Shown here: positions 11,143 through 19,779 of the stretch, piece by piece | How the letters are laid out: every line of letters begins with the position of its first letter | How positions within the stretch are numbered: position 1 is the stretch's first letter | From: Xanthomonas campestris pv. campestris str. ATCC 33913 | GTDB taxonomy: Bacteria; Pseudomonadota; Gammaproteobacteria; Xanthomonadales; Xanthomonadaceae | Length of the DNA: 32,000 nt | NCBI RefSeq assembly: GCF_000007145.1 | Contig: NC_003902.1 | Coordinates: 1,837,436 to 1,869,435, forward strand | Direction of reading: 5' to 3' | Translations under genes and position numbers: made by a program | The notes under the pieces: model-generated | The model's database searches: none | Seen by the model: the letters and a program-made list of their open reading frames with translations, nothing else | What the model was told of the DNA's origin: nothing

Positions 11143-12348
11143 TCAGCAAGGATGCCCGCGCCAAACGCGGGTGTGGAGAGGGTTGAAGCCCATGCGGTAG
11201 ACCAGATCGGCCGGCGCGTCGATGTCCCAGATCGCCAGATCGCACTGCATGCCGGCGCGCAGCCGGCCCAGCCGGTTGCCCCGTCCGAGCGCACGTGCCG
11301 CTTCGCGGGTGAAGCCGGTGATGCATCCGTCTACCGTCATGCGGAACAAGGTGGCGGCCATGTTCATCGCCAGCAGCGGGCTGGTCAGCGGCGAGGTGCC
11401 GGGGTTGCAGTCAGTGGCCAGGGCCAGCGGTACACCGGCCGCGCGCAATGCGGGAATCGGTGGCAATTGGGTGTCGCGGGTGAAGTAGAACGCGCCCGGC
11501 AACAGCACTGCGACGGTGCCGGCATTGGCCATCGCATCAATGCCGGCCTGGTCCAGGTATTCGATGTGGTCCGCCGACAAGGCACCGTAGCGCGCGGCCA
11601 ACGCGGCGCCGTGTTGGTTGCTCAATTGCTCGGCGTGGATCTTGATCTGCAGCCCGTGCGCCCGCGCAGCAACGAACACCTGTTCGGCCTGCGCCGGCGA
11701 AAACGCCAGGTGCTCGCAAAACACATCCACCGCTTCGGCCAGGCCCTGCGCCGCCACCGCCGGGATCATCTCCTGGCACACTGCATCGATATAGGTCTGC
11801 CCCTGCGCGCCGGGCGGCACCGCATGCGCGCCCAGGAAGGTAGGCACCACCTCCACCTGTCGCAGCGTGGCGAGCTGGCGCGCGACGCGCAGCTGCTTGA
11901 TTTCGTCTTCCAGCGTGAGGCCGTAGCCGGATTTGATCTCCAGCGTGGTCACGCCTTCGGCAAGCAGCGCGTCCAGGCGCGGCAGGCTGGCGGCGAGCAA
12001 AGCGGCATCATCGGCGGCACGCGTCGCGCGCACGGTCGCCACAATGCCACCGCCGGCCGCGGCGATCTGCGCATAGCTGGCGCCGCGCAGGCGTTGTTCG
12101 AATTCATTGGCGCGGTTGCCCGCGTACACCAGGTGGGTGTGGCAATCGATCAGGCCGGGGCTGATCCAGCGCCGCTGGCAATCGTGGACGTGGCTGGCCT
12201 GCAGCGGCGGCGCATCGGCCGCCGGCCCGGCGTACACGATGGTGCCGTCCTGGCAGGCGACCACGCCATCGTCCACGCTGCCCAGGCCGCCGTCGCCAGC
12301 GTCCAGCGTCATCAACCGCGCGTTGTGCCAAAGGACGTCGCAATGCAT
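11143..12348 (-). CDS. hutI: Imidazolonepropionase
   Basis: Amidohydrolase-fold HutI sequence ([20 protein letters not shown]...). I prefer the ATG at 12348 ([16 protein letters not shown]) over the ORF-track start at 12429. Confidence 0.93.
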   Translation of the reverse strand: MHCDVLWHNARLMTLDAGDGGLGSVDDGVVACQDGTIVYAGPAADAPPLQASHVHDCQRRWISPGLIDCHTHLVYAGNRANEFEQRLRGASYAQIAAAGGGIVATVRATRAADDAALLAASLPRLDALLAEGVTTLEIKSGYGLTLEDEIKQLRVARQLATLRQVEVVPTFLGAHAVPPGAQGQTYIDAVCQEMIPAVAAQGLAEAVDVFCEHLAFSPAQAEQVFVAARAHGLQIKIHAEQLSNQHGAALAARYGALSADHIEYLDQAGIDAMANAGTVAVLLPGAFYFTRDTQLPPIPALRAAGVPLALATDCNPGTSPLTSPLLAMNMAATLFRMTVDGCITGFTREAARALGRGNRLGRLRAGMQCDLAIWDIDAPADLVYRMGFNPLHTRVWRGHPC

Positions 12349-12372
12349 GGCGCAGGCCTGTGTGGTCTGATA

Positions 12373-12382
12373 TGTATATACA
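12373..12382. promoter_or_regulatory. Candidate HutC operator in the divergent hutI / hutF control region
   Basis: TGTATATACA is a perfect 10-bp palindrome. It sits in the only AT-rich patch of the 60-nt spacer between the hutI start (12348) and the hutF start (12409). It fits the TGTA-N2-TACA layout that I recall for Pseudomonas HutC sites. Confidence 0.5.
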
Positions 12383-12408
12383 ATAGAGTCGGCAACCGAG
12401 GGTGTCCA

Positions 12409-13779
12409 GTGGCAGACCAAGCAGTGCAAGCGGTGTGGGCGGCCCGGGCGTTGTTGCCCGATGGCTGGGCCAGCGACGTGCGGATCACCGTGGCGTACGG
12501 GCGCATCGCCGCTGTGCAGACGGAGGCCATGCCCGCCGCCACCGATACCCGTGCCGAGGTACTGCTGCCCGGGCTAGGCAACTTGCATAGCCATGCCTTC
12601 CAGCGCGGCATGGCCGGGCTGACCGAAGTGGGCGGGCGCAGCGGCGACAGTTTCTGGAGCTGGCGCGAGCTGATGTATCGCTTCGTCGACCGGCTGGACC
12701 CGGACAGCCTGCAGGCCATCGCCGAGCAGGCGTATGTGGAAATGCTGGAAGCCGGCTTCACCCGCGTGGGCGAATTCCATTATCTGCACCACAGCGTCAG
12801 CGGCGCGCCGTACGCGCAGCCCGCCGAAATGGCCGAGCGCATTGTTGCGGCGGCCGCGGGCACCGGCATCGGCCTGACCCTGTTGCCGGTGTTCTACGCG
12901 CACTCGGATTTCGGTGGGGTGCCACCGAACCCTGCGCAGCGGCGGCTGATCCACGATATCGACGGCTTTGCCCGGCTGTTGTCGGACTGCGCGCGCAGCC
13001 TGGCCGCACTGCCGGACGCGGTGCTCGGGCTGGCGCCGCACAGCCTGCGCGCGGTAACGCCCACGCAGCTCGCCGCGCTGGTGCCGCTGGTGGATGGCCC
13101 CATCCACATCCATATCGCCGAACAACAGCGCGAGGTGGAGGCCTGCCTGGCCTGGTCGGGGCAGCGCCCGGTGCAGTGGCTGTACGCCAATGCGCCAGTG
13201 GATGCGCGCTGGTGCCTGGTGCACGCCACGCATGTGGAGGCGGGGGAGCTCGACGCAATCGTCAAGAGTGGCGCGGTGGTCGGCCTGTGCCCGATCACCG
13301 AGGCCAATCTCGGCGACGGCCTGTTCCCGATGCAGGCATTCGCCAGCCGCGGCGGGCGCTTCGGTGTGGGCTCGGATTCGAATGTCTTGATCGATGCGGC
13401 CGAAGAACTGCGCCTGCTCGAATACGGCCAGCGCCTGCAGCTGCGCGCGCGCAATGTGCTGGCGCCCGCCGACACCTCCAGTGGCCGCTGGTTGTACAGC
13501 AGCGCACTGGCCGGCGCGGCGCAGGCGCTGGGGAGCGGGCAGCCCGGGATCTGCGTCGGTGCATCGGCCGACTTGCTGGAGCTGGACCACACTCATCCGG
13601 CGCTGCTGGCACGCACGGACGATGCGTTGCTCGACAGCTGGCTGTTCGCCGCACGCGCCGGCGCAGTGCGGCATGTCTGGCGTGCCGGGCAGTGGGTGGT
13701 GCGCGATGGCCGCCACGTGGCGCGCGAGCGTGTCGCCGCACGCTTTGCCGCCGTCATGCAAACGCTGTTGCACGGGTGA
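12409..13779 (+). CDS. hutF: Formimidoylglutamate deiminase
   Basis: Translation ...[17 protein letters not shown]...[22 protein letters not shown]... is typical of HutF. There is no in-frame ATG, so I chose the GTG at 12409, which gives 456 aa. The upstream part of the track ORF (10879 onward) is antisense shadow over hutH and hutI. Confidence 0.85.
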   Translation: MADQAVQAVWAARALLPDGWASDVRITVAYGRIAAVQTEAMPAATDTRAEVLLPGLGNLHSHAFQRGMAGLTEVGGRSGDSFWSWRELMYRFVDRLDPDSLQAIAEQAYVEMLEAGFTRVGEFHYLHHSVSGAPYAQPAEMAERIVAAAAGTGIGLTLLPVFYAHSDFGGVPPNPAQRRLIHDIDGFARLLSDCARSLAALPDAVLGLAPHSLRAVTPTQLAALVPLVDGPIHIHIAEQQREVEACLAWSGQRPVQWLYANAPVDARWCLVHATHVEAGELDAIVKSGAVVGLCPITEANLGDGLFPMQAFASRGGRFGVGSDSNVLIDAAEELRLLEYGQRLQLRARNVLAPADTSSGRWLYSSALAGAAQALGSGQPGICVGASADLLELDHTHPALLARTDDALLDSWLFAARAGAVRHVWRAGQWVVRDGRHVARERVAARFAAVMQTLLHG

Positions 13780-13831
13780 TCGGCGCGATGTGCGAAGCGG
13801 GCACAATGCAGGTCTCACCGGAGACCCTGTC

Positions 13832-14569
13832 GTGACCACCGCCACCCCCGCCACACCCGGAACCTTGCATCAGCGGATCCGGCAGGACCTGGAGCAACGC
13901 ATCCACAGTGGCGACTGGCCGCCCGGGCACCGCGTGCCGCCCGAGCATGAATTGATGGCGCAGTACGGTTGCTCGCGCATGACCGTCAACAAGGTGCTCG
14001 GCCTGCTGGCCGACGCCGGCATGATCGAGCGCCGCCGCCGCACTGGTTCGTTCGTCGCGCGGCCGCATCCGCATCTGGAGCAGGTGGCGCTGTCGATCCC
14101 GGATATCGAAGTGGAGATGACCACGCGCGGCCATGTCTATCAGTTTCAGTTGCTGTCGCGGCGCGTGCGCGCGGTGCGGCAGCGCGTGCCGCAGGAGCGT
14201 GCGCTGGGCAGCCGCGGCAAATTGCTGGCACTGGAAAGCGTGCATTTGGCCGATGGCAGTCCGTTCGCCCTGGAGCAACGCGTCATCGACATCACCACCG
14301 TGCCCGAGGCGCTGGCGCAGCCATTCGACACCATCGCGCCCGGCAGCTGGCTATTGCGCAACGTGCCCTGGACTCGTGCCGAGCACCGCATCAGCGCGAT
14401 CAGTGCCGATCCTGCCCAGGCCAGGTGCCTGCAGGTTGCCGATGGCGCGGCCTGCCTGGTCATCGACCGGCACACCTGGCGCGGCGACCAGCCGGTCACC
14501 TATGTGCGGCAGCTGTTCCTGGGCGGGTCTTACGATCTGATTGCACGCTTCGCGCCTGGCATGCGCTGA
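13832..14569 (+). CDS. hutC: Histidine utilisation repressor, GntR/HutC family
   Basis: Winged-helix N-terminus (LHQRIRQDLEQRIHSGDWPPGHRVPPEHELMAQYGCSRMTVNKVLGLLADAGMIERRRRTGSFV) followed by a UTRA-like C-terminal half. GTG start at 13832 with GGAGA 9 nt upstream. 245 aa. Confidence 0.85.
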   Translation: MTTATPATPGTLHQRIRQDLEQRIHSGDWPPGHRVPPEHELMAQYGCSRMTVNKVLGLLADAGMIERRRRTGSFVARPHPHLEQVALSIPDIEVEMTTRGHVYQFQLLSRRVRAVRQRVPQERALGSRGKLLALESVHLADGSPFALEQRVIDITTVPEALAQPFDTIAPGSWLLRNVPWTRAEHRISAISADPAQARCLQVADGAACLVIDRHTWRGDQPVTYVRQLFLGGSYDLIARFAPGMR

Positions 14570-14750
14570 AGCGATTGCACTGCCTGCGCACGTCGAGCTT
14601 GCGCGCGCATGCGGCCGGTGGCGGCAGGGTGCGTACTGGGTAAATCGACGGGTTGGATGAAGTGACGGGCAAGGCGAGCGGTGGGCGAGGTGGTCGCGGC
14701 TGGCGGGTGTCGCGCAGAACGCACCGCCCGCACGCATCAGTCCGCGCGAC

Positions 14751-15752
14751 TCAAATCGTCGTGCATTGCCGCCAGCGCACCGGCTCGGCGACACCGGCGC
14801 GCGGATTGAGCTGCACCCGCACCGTGCGCAGGTAGGGGTAACGCTCCAGTTCGCGGCAAATCAGCGGCCAGGCGGTCGCATCGTCCACGGTGCGGTCCAC
14901 CGCCAGCGTCAACTGCGTCAGCCAGATTCCGCGCACCAGTCCCGGCGTCTGCGCCAATGCCTTGGAGACTTCGCGCTGGTAGCCCTGCAACGTGGCGAGG
15001 TCTGGCTCGTCGCCGGCGGCGACCGGCGTTGCCGCTGGAGTCGACGTCGCTGCCTGTGCGGCCGATGCCGGAGCCGGCGCAACAGCCGGTGGAGCAGCCG
15101 ATGCTGCACCTGGTGCGGGACTCAGCGGTGCTGACGTGCGCGGTAGTGGTTGGGCGGGCGGCACCTCAGCCGGCTGCAAAGCCACTGCCATCACCACGCC
15201 CAGCGTTGCCGCCGCTGCGCCGGCAATCACGGTGTGGCGGATCGCCCGGCGCCTGGCCGCACCGACCACGCCGGTTTCGATATCGCCGGGCAGGTAGGGC
15301 TTGAGCAGCGGCCACAGCCGCGCGCCATCCAGCACCTCGATGGACTGCTTGTCGGCCGCGGCCATGCCTTCACGTTCCATGCGGCCTTCGGTGACCATCA
15401 CCCCGCCATTGGCACCAGCCAGGCGGGCCATCGCACCCAGCTCGTTCACCGCAGCCACGCCGATGCGATACCCACGGCCATGTTTGCAGGCCACCAGACG
15501 GGTGCCGTGCTCGGTCTGCATCATGAAATCGGCGGTGGGCAGGCCGTCCTGCGGCAGCTGGGTGGGTTGCCAGCCGCGCTGGTCCTGCAGCACCCGCAGC
15601 ACCACGGCGGAAAAGTCGCGCCAATGCATCGCGGCCAGCGCGCGTACGCCTTCGGTCAGTTCGTTGGCGCGTCGGCGCACCAACCAGAGATAGCCACTCA
15701 CCGCCAACCAGGGCAGGAGTGCAGCCACAAGCGCCAACATCCAATGGGACAT
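14751..15752 (-). CDS. Membrane protein with an Mrr-like restriction-endonuclease-fold domain
   Basis: N-terminal TM helix. Then FSAVVLRVLQ...ADFMMQTEHGTRLVACKHGRGYRIGVAAVNELGAMARLAGANGGVMVTEGRMEREG...IEVLDG, which resembles the Mrr_cat layout (D...(Q/A)xK core, then the T-x-G region). Then a second TM helix, an Ala/Pro-rich linker and a C-terminal domain. Family call is from memory. Confidence 0.55.
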   Translation of the reverse strand: MSHWMLALVAALLPWLAVSGYLWLVRRRANELTEGVRALAAMHWRDFSAVVLRVLQDQRGWQPTQLPQDGLPTADFMMQTEHGTRLVACKHGRGYRIGVAAVNELGAMARLAGANGGVMVTEGRMEREGMAAADKQSIEVLDGARLWPLLKPYLPGDIETGVVGAARRRAIRHTVIAGAAAATLGVVMAVALQPAEVPPAQPLPRTSAPLSPAPGAASAAPPAVAPAPASAAQAATSTPAATPVAAGDEPDLATLQGYQREVSKALAQTPGLVRGIWLTQLTLAVDRTVDDATAWPLICRELERYPYLRTVRVQLNPRAGVAEPVRWRQCTTI

Positions 15753-15870
15753 GAGTATCTAGCGAAGCAATGGCGCGTCTAACGAAGCAGTGCGCTTAGA
15801 AGAATCCTTCGCGGCAGATTCGTCAATGGATCACGGTCGGTGAATGCACGAGCCGTGACCCAGGCAGCGA

Positions 15871-15941
15871 AAGACCCGCCAGTCCGAAGCCGTGAGGGGA
15901 GGGGAGCAAACGGACTTCGTGTTGCAGGACTGGCGGGTCTT
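15871..15941 (-). terminator. Long composite hairpin 3' of the phasin gene (terminator or small-RNA-like element)
   Basis: 15-bp perfect outer stem: AAGACCCGCCAGTCC (15871-15885) pairs with GGACTGGCGGGTCTT (15927-15941). Inner 8-bp stem: 15886-15893 pairs with 15910-15918, with a 1-nt bulge. The 16-nt apical loop reads GAGGGGAGGGGAGCAA on plus, so it is C-rich on minus. It lies 53 nt beyond the phasin stop. The U tract on minus is short (CUUUCG). Confidence 0.4.
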
Positions 15942-15993
15942 CCCGATTGTCTAAAAAACCATGCTGCTTTGCAACAATCCAGTTATGCAGGGT

Positions 15994-16554
15994 TTATTCG
16001 CCGTCAAAGGCCGCATTGTGCGTAGCTGCGGGACCACTGCCCGGCGTTGCGGTGCCAGGCGCAGTGTCGCTGCTGGCCGCCTGTGCGGCCTGGTTGGCGG
16101 TGCGGTTGGCCCGCTTGGTCGCAGCCGTGTTCGCGCGCACCTGTGCCTTGAGCGACTCCACCTCGCGACGCAGGTTTTCCAGCTCGTCCTGCTCGGGGAT
16201 GTTGAGGGTGCGCAGCACGCCCTTGACGCGTTCATCGAACGCCTTGCCCAGCCGGTCCCAGCCACGCACCGCGGTATCGCGCGCCTGCTCGAACTGGGTT
16301 TCCACTTCCTCGCGCAATTCGTCTGCGCTGGCCGCTGCCTTGCGCTGGCCGCTGCGTTCGTACGCGGCGCCTTCGCGTACCAGCGAGTCGAATAGTTTGC
16401 TGCCTTCGCTCTGCACACGGCCCAAGGCGCCGAGCCCGGCCAGCCAGACGGTCTGCGCCGATTCGCCGAGCCGGCGCGACACCTGTTCGGCCTGCGCCTG
16501 GAACCCATGGGCCGCGTTGCCGCGGTTGCCGTTCTGATCGTATCCGGTCGTCAT
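15994..16554 (-). CDS. Phasin-family PHA granule-associated protein
   Basis: 186 aa. The segment QTVWLAGLGALGRVQSEGSKLFDSLVREGAAYE...LNIPEQDELENLRREVESLKAQV matches the PhaF/phasin (TIGR01837-like) pattern. There is an Ala/Thr-rich tail. CAGGAG Shine-Dalgarno before the ATG. Confidence 0.8.
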   Translation of the reverse strand: MTTGYDQNGNRGNAAHGFQAQAEQVSRRLGESAQTVWLAGLGALGRVQSEGSKLFDSLVREGAAYERSGQRKAAASADELREEVETQFEQARDTAVRGWDRLGKAFDERVKGVLRTLNIPEQDELENLRREVESLKAQVRANTAATKRANRTANQAAQAASSDTAPGTATPGSGPAATHNAAFDGE

Positions 16555-16689
16555 GCGATGCTCCTGTCGGTTGCGGACTGACGTTGCCTCACCCTAGTGC
16601 CGGTCCTGCATCGGCCAGGTGAAGCGTCCATCAAGCATCCGCCCGCAGGCTGTGGCGCAGGTGACTTGCGGCTGAAGCCTGGGGCTGGA

Positions 16690-16965
16690 TCAGGCCAGCT
16701 TTTCAGCCAGCAGGCGGCGGATCTCGGACTCGACCATCGGCTGCATGGCCGACAACAAAAAGCCCAGCTCAGCGGTGACTTGCACCTGCTGCGGCAGCAG
16801 ATTGATCGCCCCATCCACGCCCGCCCGCGCGATGCGCAAGGTGTCGCCTTCCCAGTGCGAAGCGATGCCGTAACGATCGGTCAGCTTGCGTGCCGCATCC
16901 TCGATCGCCGCACGGGCCTGCGCCGGCGTTCTGGAATGGTCGTGGCGGATATCGATACTGGACAT
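16690..16965 (-). CDS. Putative polyhydroxyalkanoic acid system protein (PHA_gran_rgn-like)
   Basis: 91 aa. MSSIDIRHDHSRTPAQARAAIEDAARKLTDRYGIASHWEGDTL... fits the small PHA-system protein family that is usually encoded next to phasins. CAGGAA Shine-Dalgarno. Confidence 0.65.
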   Translation of the reverse strand: MSSIDIRHDHSRTPAQARAAIEDAARKLTDRYGIASHWEGDTLRIARAGVDGAINLLPQQVQVTAELGFLLSAMQPMVESEIRRLLAEKLA

Positions 16966-17034
16966 GGGTTCCTGAAGTCATGCGATGGAGCGCGCATTGT
17001 GCGCATGTGCGGGGCGCGCTCCAAGTGCAGCGGC

Positions 17035-17886
17035 ATGCGCTATGGGGCTGCGGGCAAACCTGCTAGGCTGCGGCGGGTGCGCGATCTGCAAGTTCATTTC
17101 ACCCACCGGCAGCAGCCGGATCATCCTCTCCAGCCCGGGGTCCACCGGATCGTACGCCATGCCTCCGGCAGCGTGCGGATCGTCGACGATGCCCAGGGGG
17201 CGTTGCTGTTGGCGCAGTTCTGCCTGGATCAGCGCGGTCTCTGGCTGCAGGTGGCCAACGGCATTCGCGGCATCCACGTCAACGGCCGGCCGGTGCGGCG
17301 TATGGCGCTGTTGCGTGCCGGCGACGCGTTGTATGCCGATGGCGTGGAGATGCTGTTGCGCAGTGCGCCGTCCAGCGCGCCGGCCAACGACATCCAGGAC
17401 GACGATGCCGGCCTGAGCGAAGTCTGCCTGCTGTTGCGCGGGTTGGGCGGTCGCCACCATGGGCGCAGTTTCACGCTGGACCGTTCGCGGCTGGTCGGCA
17501 GCGACCCGGCGGCGGACATCGTCATCGACGACCCGGCCTTCGCCGCCCAGCATGCCCGCCTGGAACGGCATGGCGACCGGGTGCTGATCCGCGATCTCGG
17601 CTCGGAAGAGGGCAGCTGGATCAACGGCGTGCAGGTGCGCGACGGCTGGCTGCAAGCCGGTGATCAGGTTGTATTCGACGCGCGCCACCGTTTCGTGGTG
17701 GAAGTGCCCAAGATCCAGCACGACGCCACCTGGCATGTGCCCGAGAGCGACCCGCAACCGTTGCCGCGCGTGAGCGAAGCCCCGACCCGAGCGCCGGTAA
17801 AGGTGGCCCGCTGGCCGTGGCTGCTGCTCAGCGCGGTGTTGCTGGCGGCGGCGCTGAGTGCCTTGCTGTGGTTCGGCGCGCGCTGA
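17035..17886 (+). CDS. FHA-domain protein with C-terminal transmembrane anchor
   Basis: Clear FHA domain (RSFTLDRSRLVGSDPAADIVIDDPAFAAQHARLERHGDRVLIRDLGSEEGSWINGVQV) and a degenerate FHA-like N-terminal half. C-terminal TM helix WPWLLLSAVLLAAALSALLWF. The start is uncertain: ATG 17035 or GTG 17077. The upstream part of the track ORF overlaps the PHA-system gene and was rejected. Confidence 0.72.
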   Translation: MRYGAAGKPARLRRVRDLQVHFTHRQQPDHPLQPGVHRIVRHASGSVRIVDDAQGALLLAQFCLDQRGLWLQVANGIRGIHVNGRPVRRMALLRAGDALYADGVEMLLRSAPSSAPANDIQDDDAGLSEVCLLLRGLGGRHHGRSFTLDRSRLVGSDPAADIVIDDPAFAAQHARLERHGDRVLIRDLGSEEGSWINGVQVRDGWLQAGDQVVFDARHRFVVEVPKIQHDATWHVPESDPQPLPRVSEAPTRAPVKVARWPWLLLSAVLLAAALSALLWFGAR

Positions 17887-18484
17887 GCCGTTTCCACACG
17901 CGCCACCCCAGCAGCAGCGCCAGGATGCCGGCATACAGCGCTGGCTCGCGGATATCGGATTTGACCAGCCACCAGAAGTGCAGCACGGCCAGCAACCCGA
18001 TCGGATAGATCAGCATGTGCAGCCGGCCCCAGTTGCGCTTGAGCCGCCGCATCCAGCCCTGGGTCGAAGTGATCGCCAATGGCACCAACAGCAGCCAGGC
18101 GGTGAAGCCGACCGTGATGTACGGGCGTTTGACGATCTCTTCAAAAATCTGTGTCCAGAACCCGCGCAGGTCCAGCCAAAGGTAAGCGGTGAGGTGCACG
18201 CTGGCATAGAAAAACGCATACAGGCCGAGCATGCGGCGGAAGCGGATCAGCACCGCCTGGCCGGTCAGCTGCCGCAGCGGCGTAATGGCCAGGGTGATCA
18301 GCAGCAGCCGCAGCGCCCACAGCCCGGTGCGATGCTCGATCTCGGCCACCGGGTCGGCGCCCAGTGCATCGCTGCCTTGCTGCCACACCTGCCAGAACTG
18401 CCAGCCCAGCAGTGCAATGGGCGCGAGCACGGCGGCATGCACGGCGGTCTTGGCAGCGATCACGGAAACGGATTTCTTGGCCAT
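17828..18484 (-). CDS. msrQ: Protein-methionine-sulfoxide reductase, heme-binding membrane subunit
   Basis: 218 aa. YedZ/MsrQ ferric-reductase-like TM pattern (RRMLGLYAFFYASVHLTAYLWLD...HMLIYPIGLLAVLHFWWLVK). Lies downstream of msrP. Confidence 0.9.
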   Translation of the reverse strand: MAKKSVSVIAAKTAVHAAVLAPIALLGWQFWQVWQQGSDALGADPVAEIEHRTGLWALRLLLITLAITPLRQLTGQAVLIRFRRMLGLYAFFYASVHLTAYLWLDLRGFWTQIFEEIVKRPYITVGFTAWLLLVPLAITSTQGWMRRLKRNWGRLHMLIYPIGLLAVLHFWWLVKSDIREPALYAGILALLLGWRVWKRLSARRTTARHSAPPPATPR

Positions 18485-18635
18485 GCGATCTCGAAGATGA
18501 AGCGACGCATCGCAGCCGCGATGCGTTGGTTGTCGTAGGAGCGCACTCGGGCGCGAGAGGCAGTTCCGGGAAAGCCATCGCGCCCGGGTGCGCGCCTACA
18601 GACAACGGGTGGATGTCACGTTGGGCGTTGCGTCC

Positions 18636-19604
18636 CTAGAACCACTTCTTCAGATCCATCCCCGCGTACAGCGAGGCGACCTGGTCGGCGTAGCCGTTGA
18701 AGGGCTTGGTCGCAATTCGTTCGGCAAACAGCTTGCTGGCGGTGCCGGCAATGCGGCGCTCGGTCTTCTGGCTCCAGCGCGGATGATCCACGGCTGGATT
18801 GACGTTGGAAAAGAATCCGTACTCGGACGGCTGCAGGTCGTGCCAGGCGGTTTCGGGCATCTTCTCGACAAAGCGGATCTCCACGATCGACTTGATGCTC
18901 TTGAAGCCGTACTTCCACGGCACCACCAGCCGTAGCGGCGCACCGTTCTGCTGCGGCAGCGGCTTGCCGTAGAGCCCGGTGGCGAGCAGCGTCAGCGGAT
19001 GCATGGCCTCGTCAATGCGCAGGCCTTCGCGGTACGGCCAGTTGATCGAGCGGTAGCGTACGCCGGGCATCTGTTGCGGGTCGGCCAGCGTGGTAAAGGC
19101 CACGTACTTGGCCCTGGAGGTGGGGGCAAAGCGCTTGAGCACTTCGCCGAGCGGCACGCCCGTCCACGGGATCACCATCGACCAGCCTTCAACGCAGCGC
19201 AGCCGGTAGATGCGTTCTTCGGCACTGATGCCCTTGAGCAACTCGTCCAGCGACAGGCTGCCGGGTTTTTCGCACTCGCCACTGACCTTCACCGACCACG
19301 GCGACAGCTTGAGTGTCTTGGCCGCCTTGGACGGGTCGGTCTTATCGGTGCCGAACTCGTAGAAATTGTTGTAGCTGGTGACATCTTCCAGCCGGGTGAG
19401 TTCCTCGGCGGTGCGGAAGCCGCTGCGCGCTTGCGCAGGCGTCACCACGGTCTTCGGCGGAGGCGGCGGATCGGCCTCGGCGCACCCGGCCACGCTCAAC
19501 GCAGGCGTCAGCGCAAACAACTGCAGCAAGCGCCGCCGGTCGCGATAAACGGCCTCATCGGTGATCTCGCTGGACGGCGTCTTCAAGGCATCGCGAAGTG
19601 ACAT
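18636..19604 (-). CDS. msrP: Protein-methionine-sulfoxide reductase, molybdopterin catalytic subunit
   Basis: 322 aa. Twin-arginine signal ([16 protein letters not shown]) and YedY-type core ([13 protein letters not shown]...[17 protein letters not shown]). Confidence 0.93.
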   Translation of the reverse strand: MSLRDALKTPSSEITDEAVYRDRRRLLQLFALTPALSVAGCAEADPPPPPKTVVTPAQARSGFRTAEELTRLEDVTSYNNFYEFGTDKTDPSKAAKTLKLSPWSVKVSGECEKPGSLSLDELLKGISAEERIYRLRCVEGWSMVIPWTGVPLGEVLKRFAPTSRAKYVAFTTLADPQQMPGVRYRSINWPYREGLRIDEAMHPLTLLATGLYGKPLPQQNGAPLRLVVPWKYGFKSIKSIVEIRFVEKMPETAWHDLQPSEYGFFSNVNPAVDHPRWSQKTERRIAGTASKLFAERIATKPFNGYADQVASLYAGMDLKKWF

Positions 19605-19779
19605 GGCAGGCTCCAGGCAGTGGCTGCAAGGTGAGACTAACGGACCAGGACGAAAGTTCTGCTCCAGGTCTCCAGACTACGCGGCGCAGGGTCAAAAGGA
19701 TGCAGGTGCAACCGTTTGTCGGCGCTGCCAACGCGGATGCGCTGCGGCATACTAAGAGGCTAGCTCGACAAGGTGTGCC

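Noticed and set aside
10879-12408. Upstream 510 codons of the 966-aa plus-strand ORF that ends as hutF
   Set aside because: Only the part from about 12409 onward resembles HutF. The upstream part is antisense to hutH and hutI and has an arginine-rich nonsense composition.
13811-13826. GGTCTC-ACCG-GAGACC hairpin overlapping the hutC Shine-Dalgarno sequence, as a possible translational control element
   Set aside because: A 6-bp stem only; it could easily arise by chance in GC-rich sequence.
12574-13854. 426-aa minus-strand ORF opposite hutF
   Set aside because: Shadow ORF antisense to hutF with a low-complexity Ala/Arg/Gln product.
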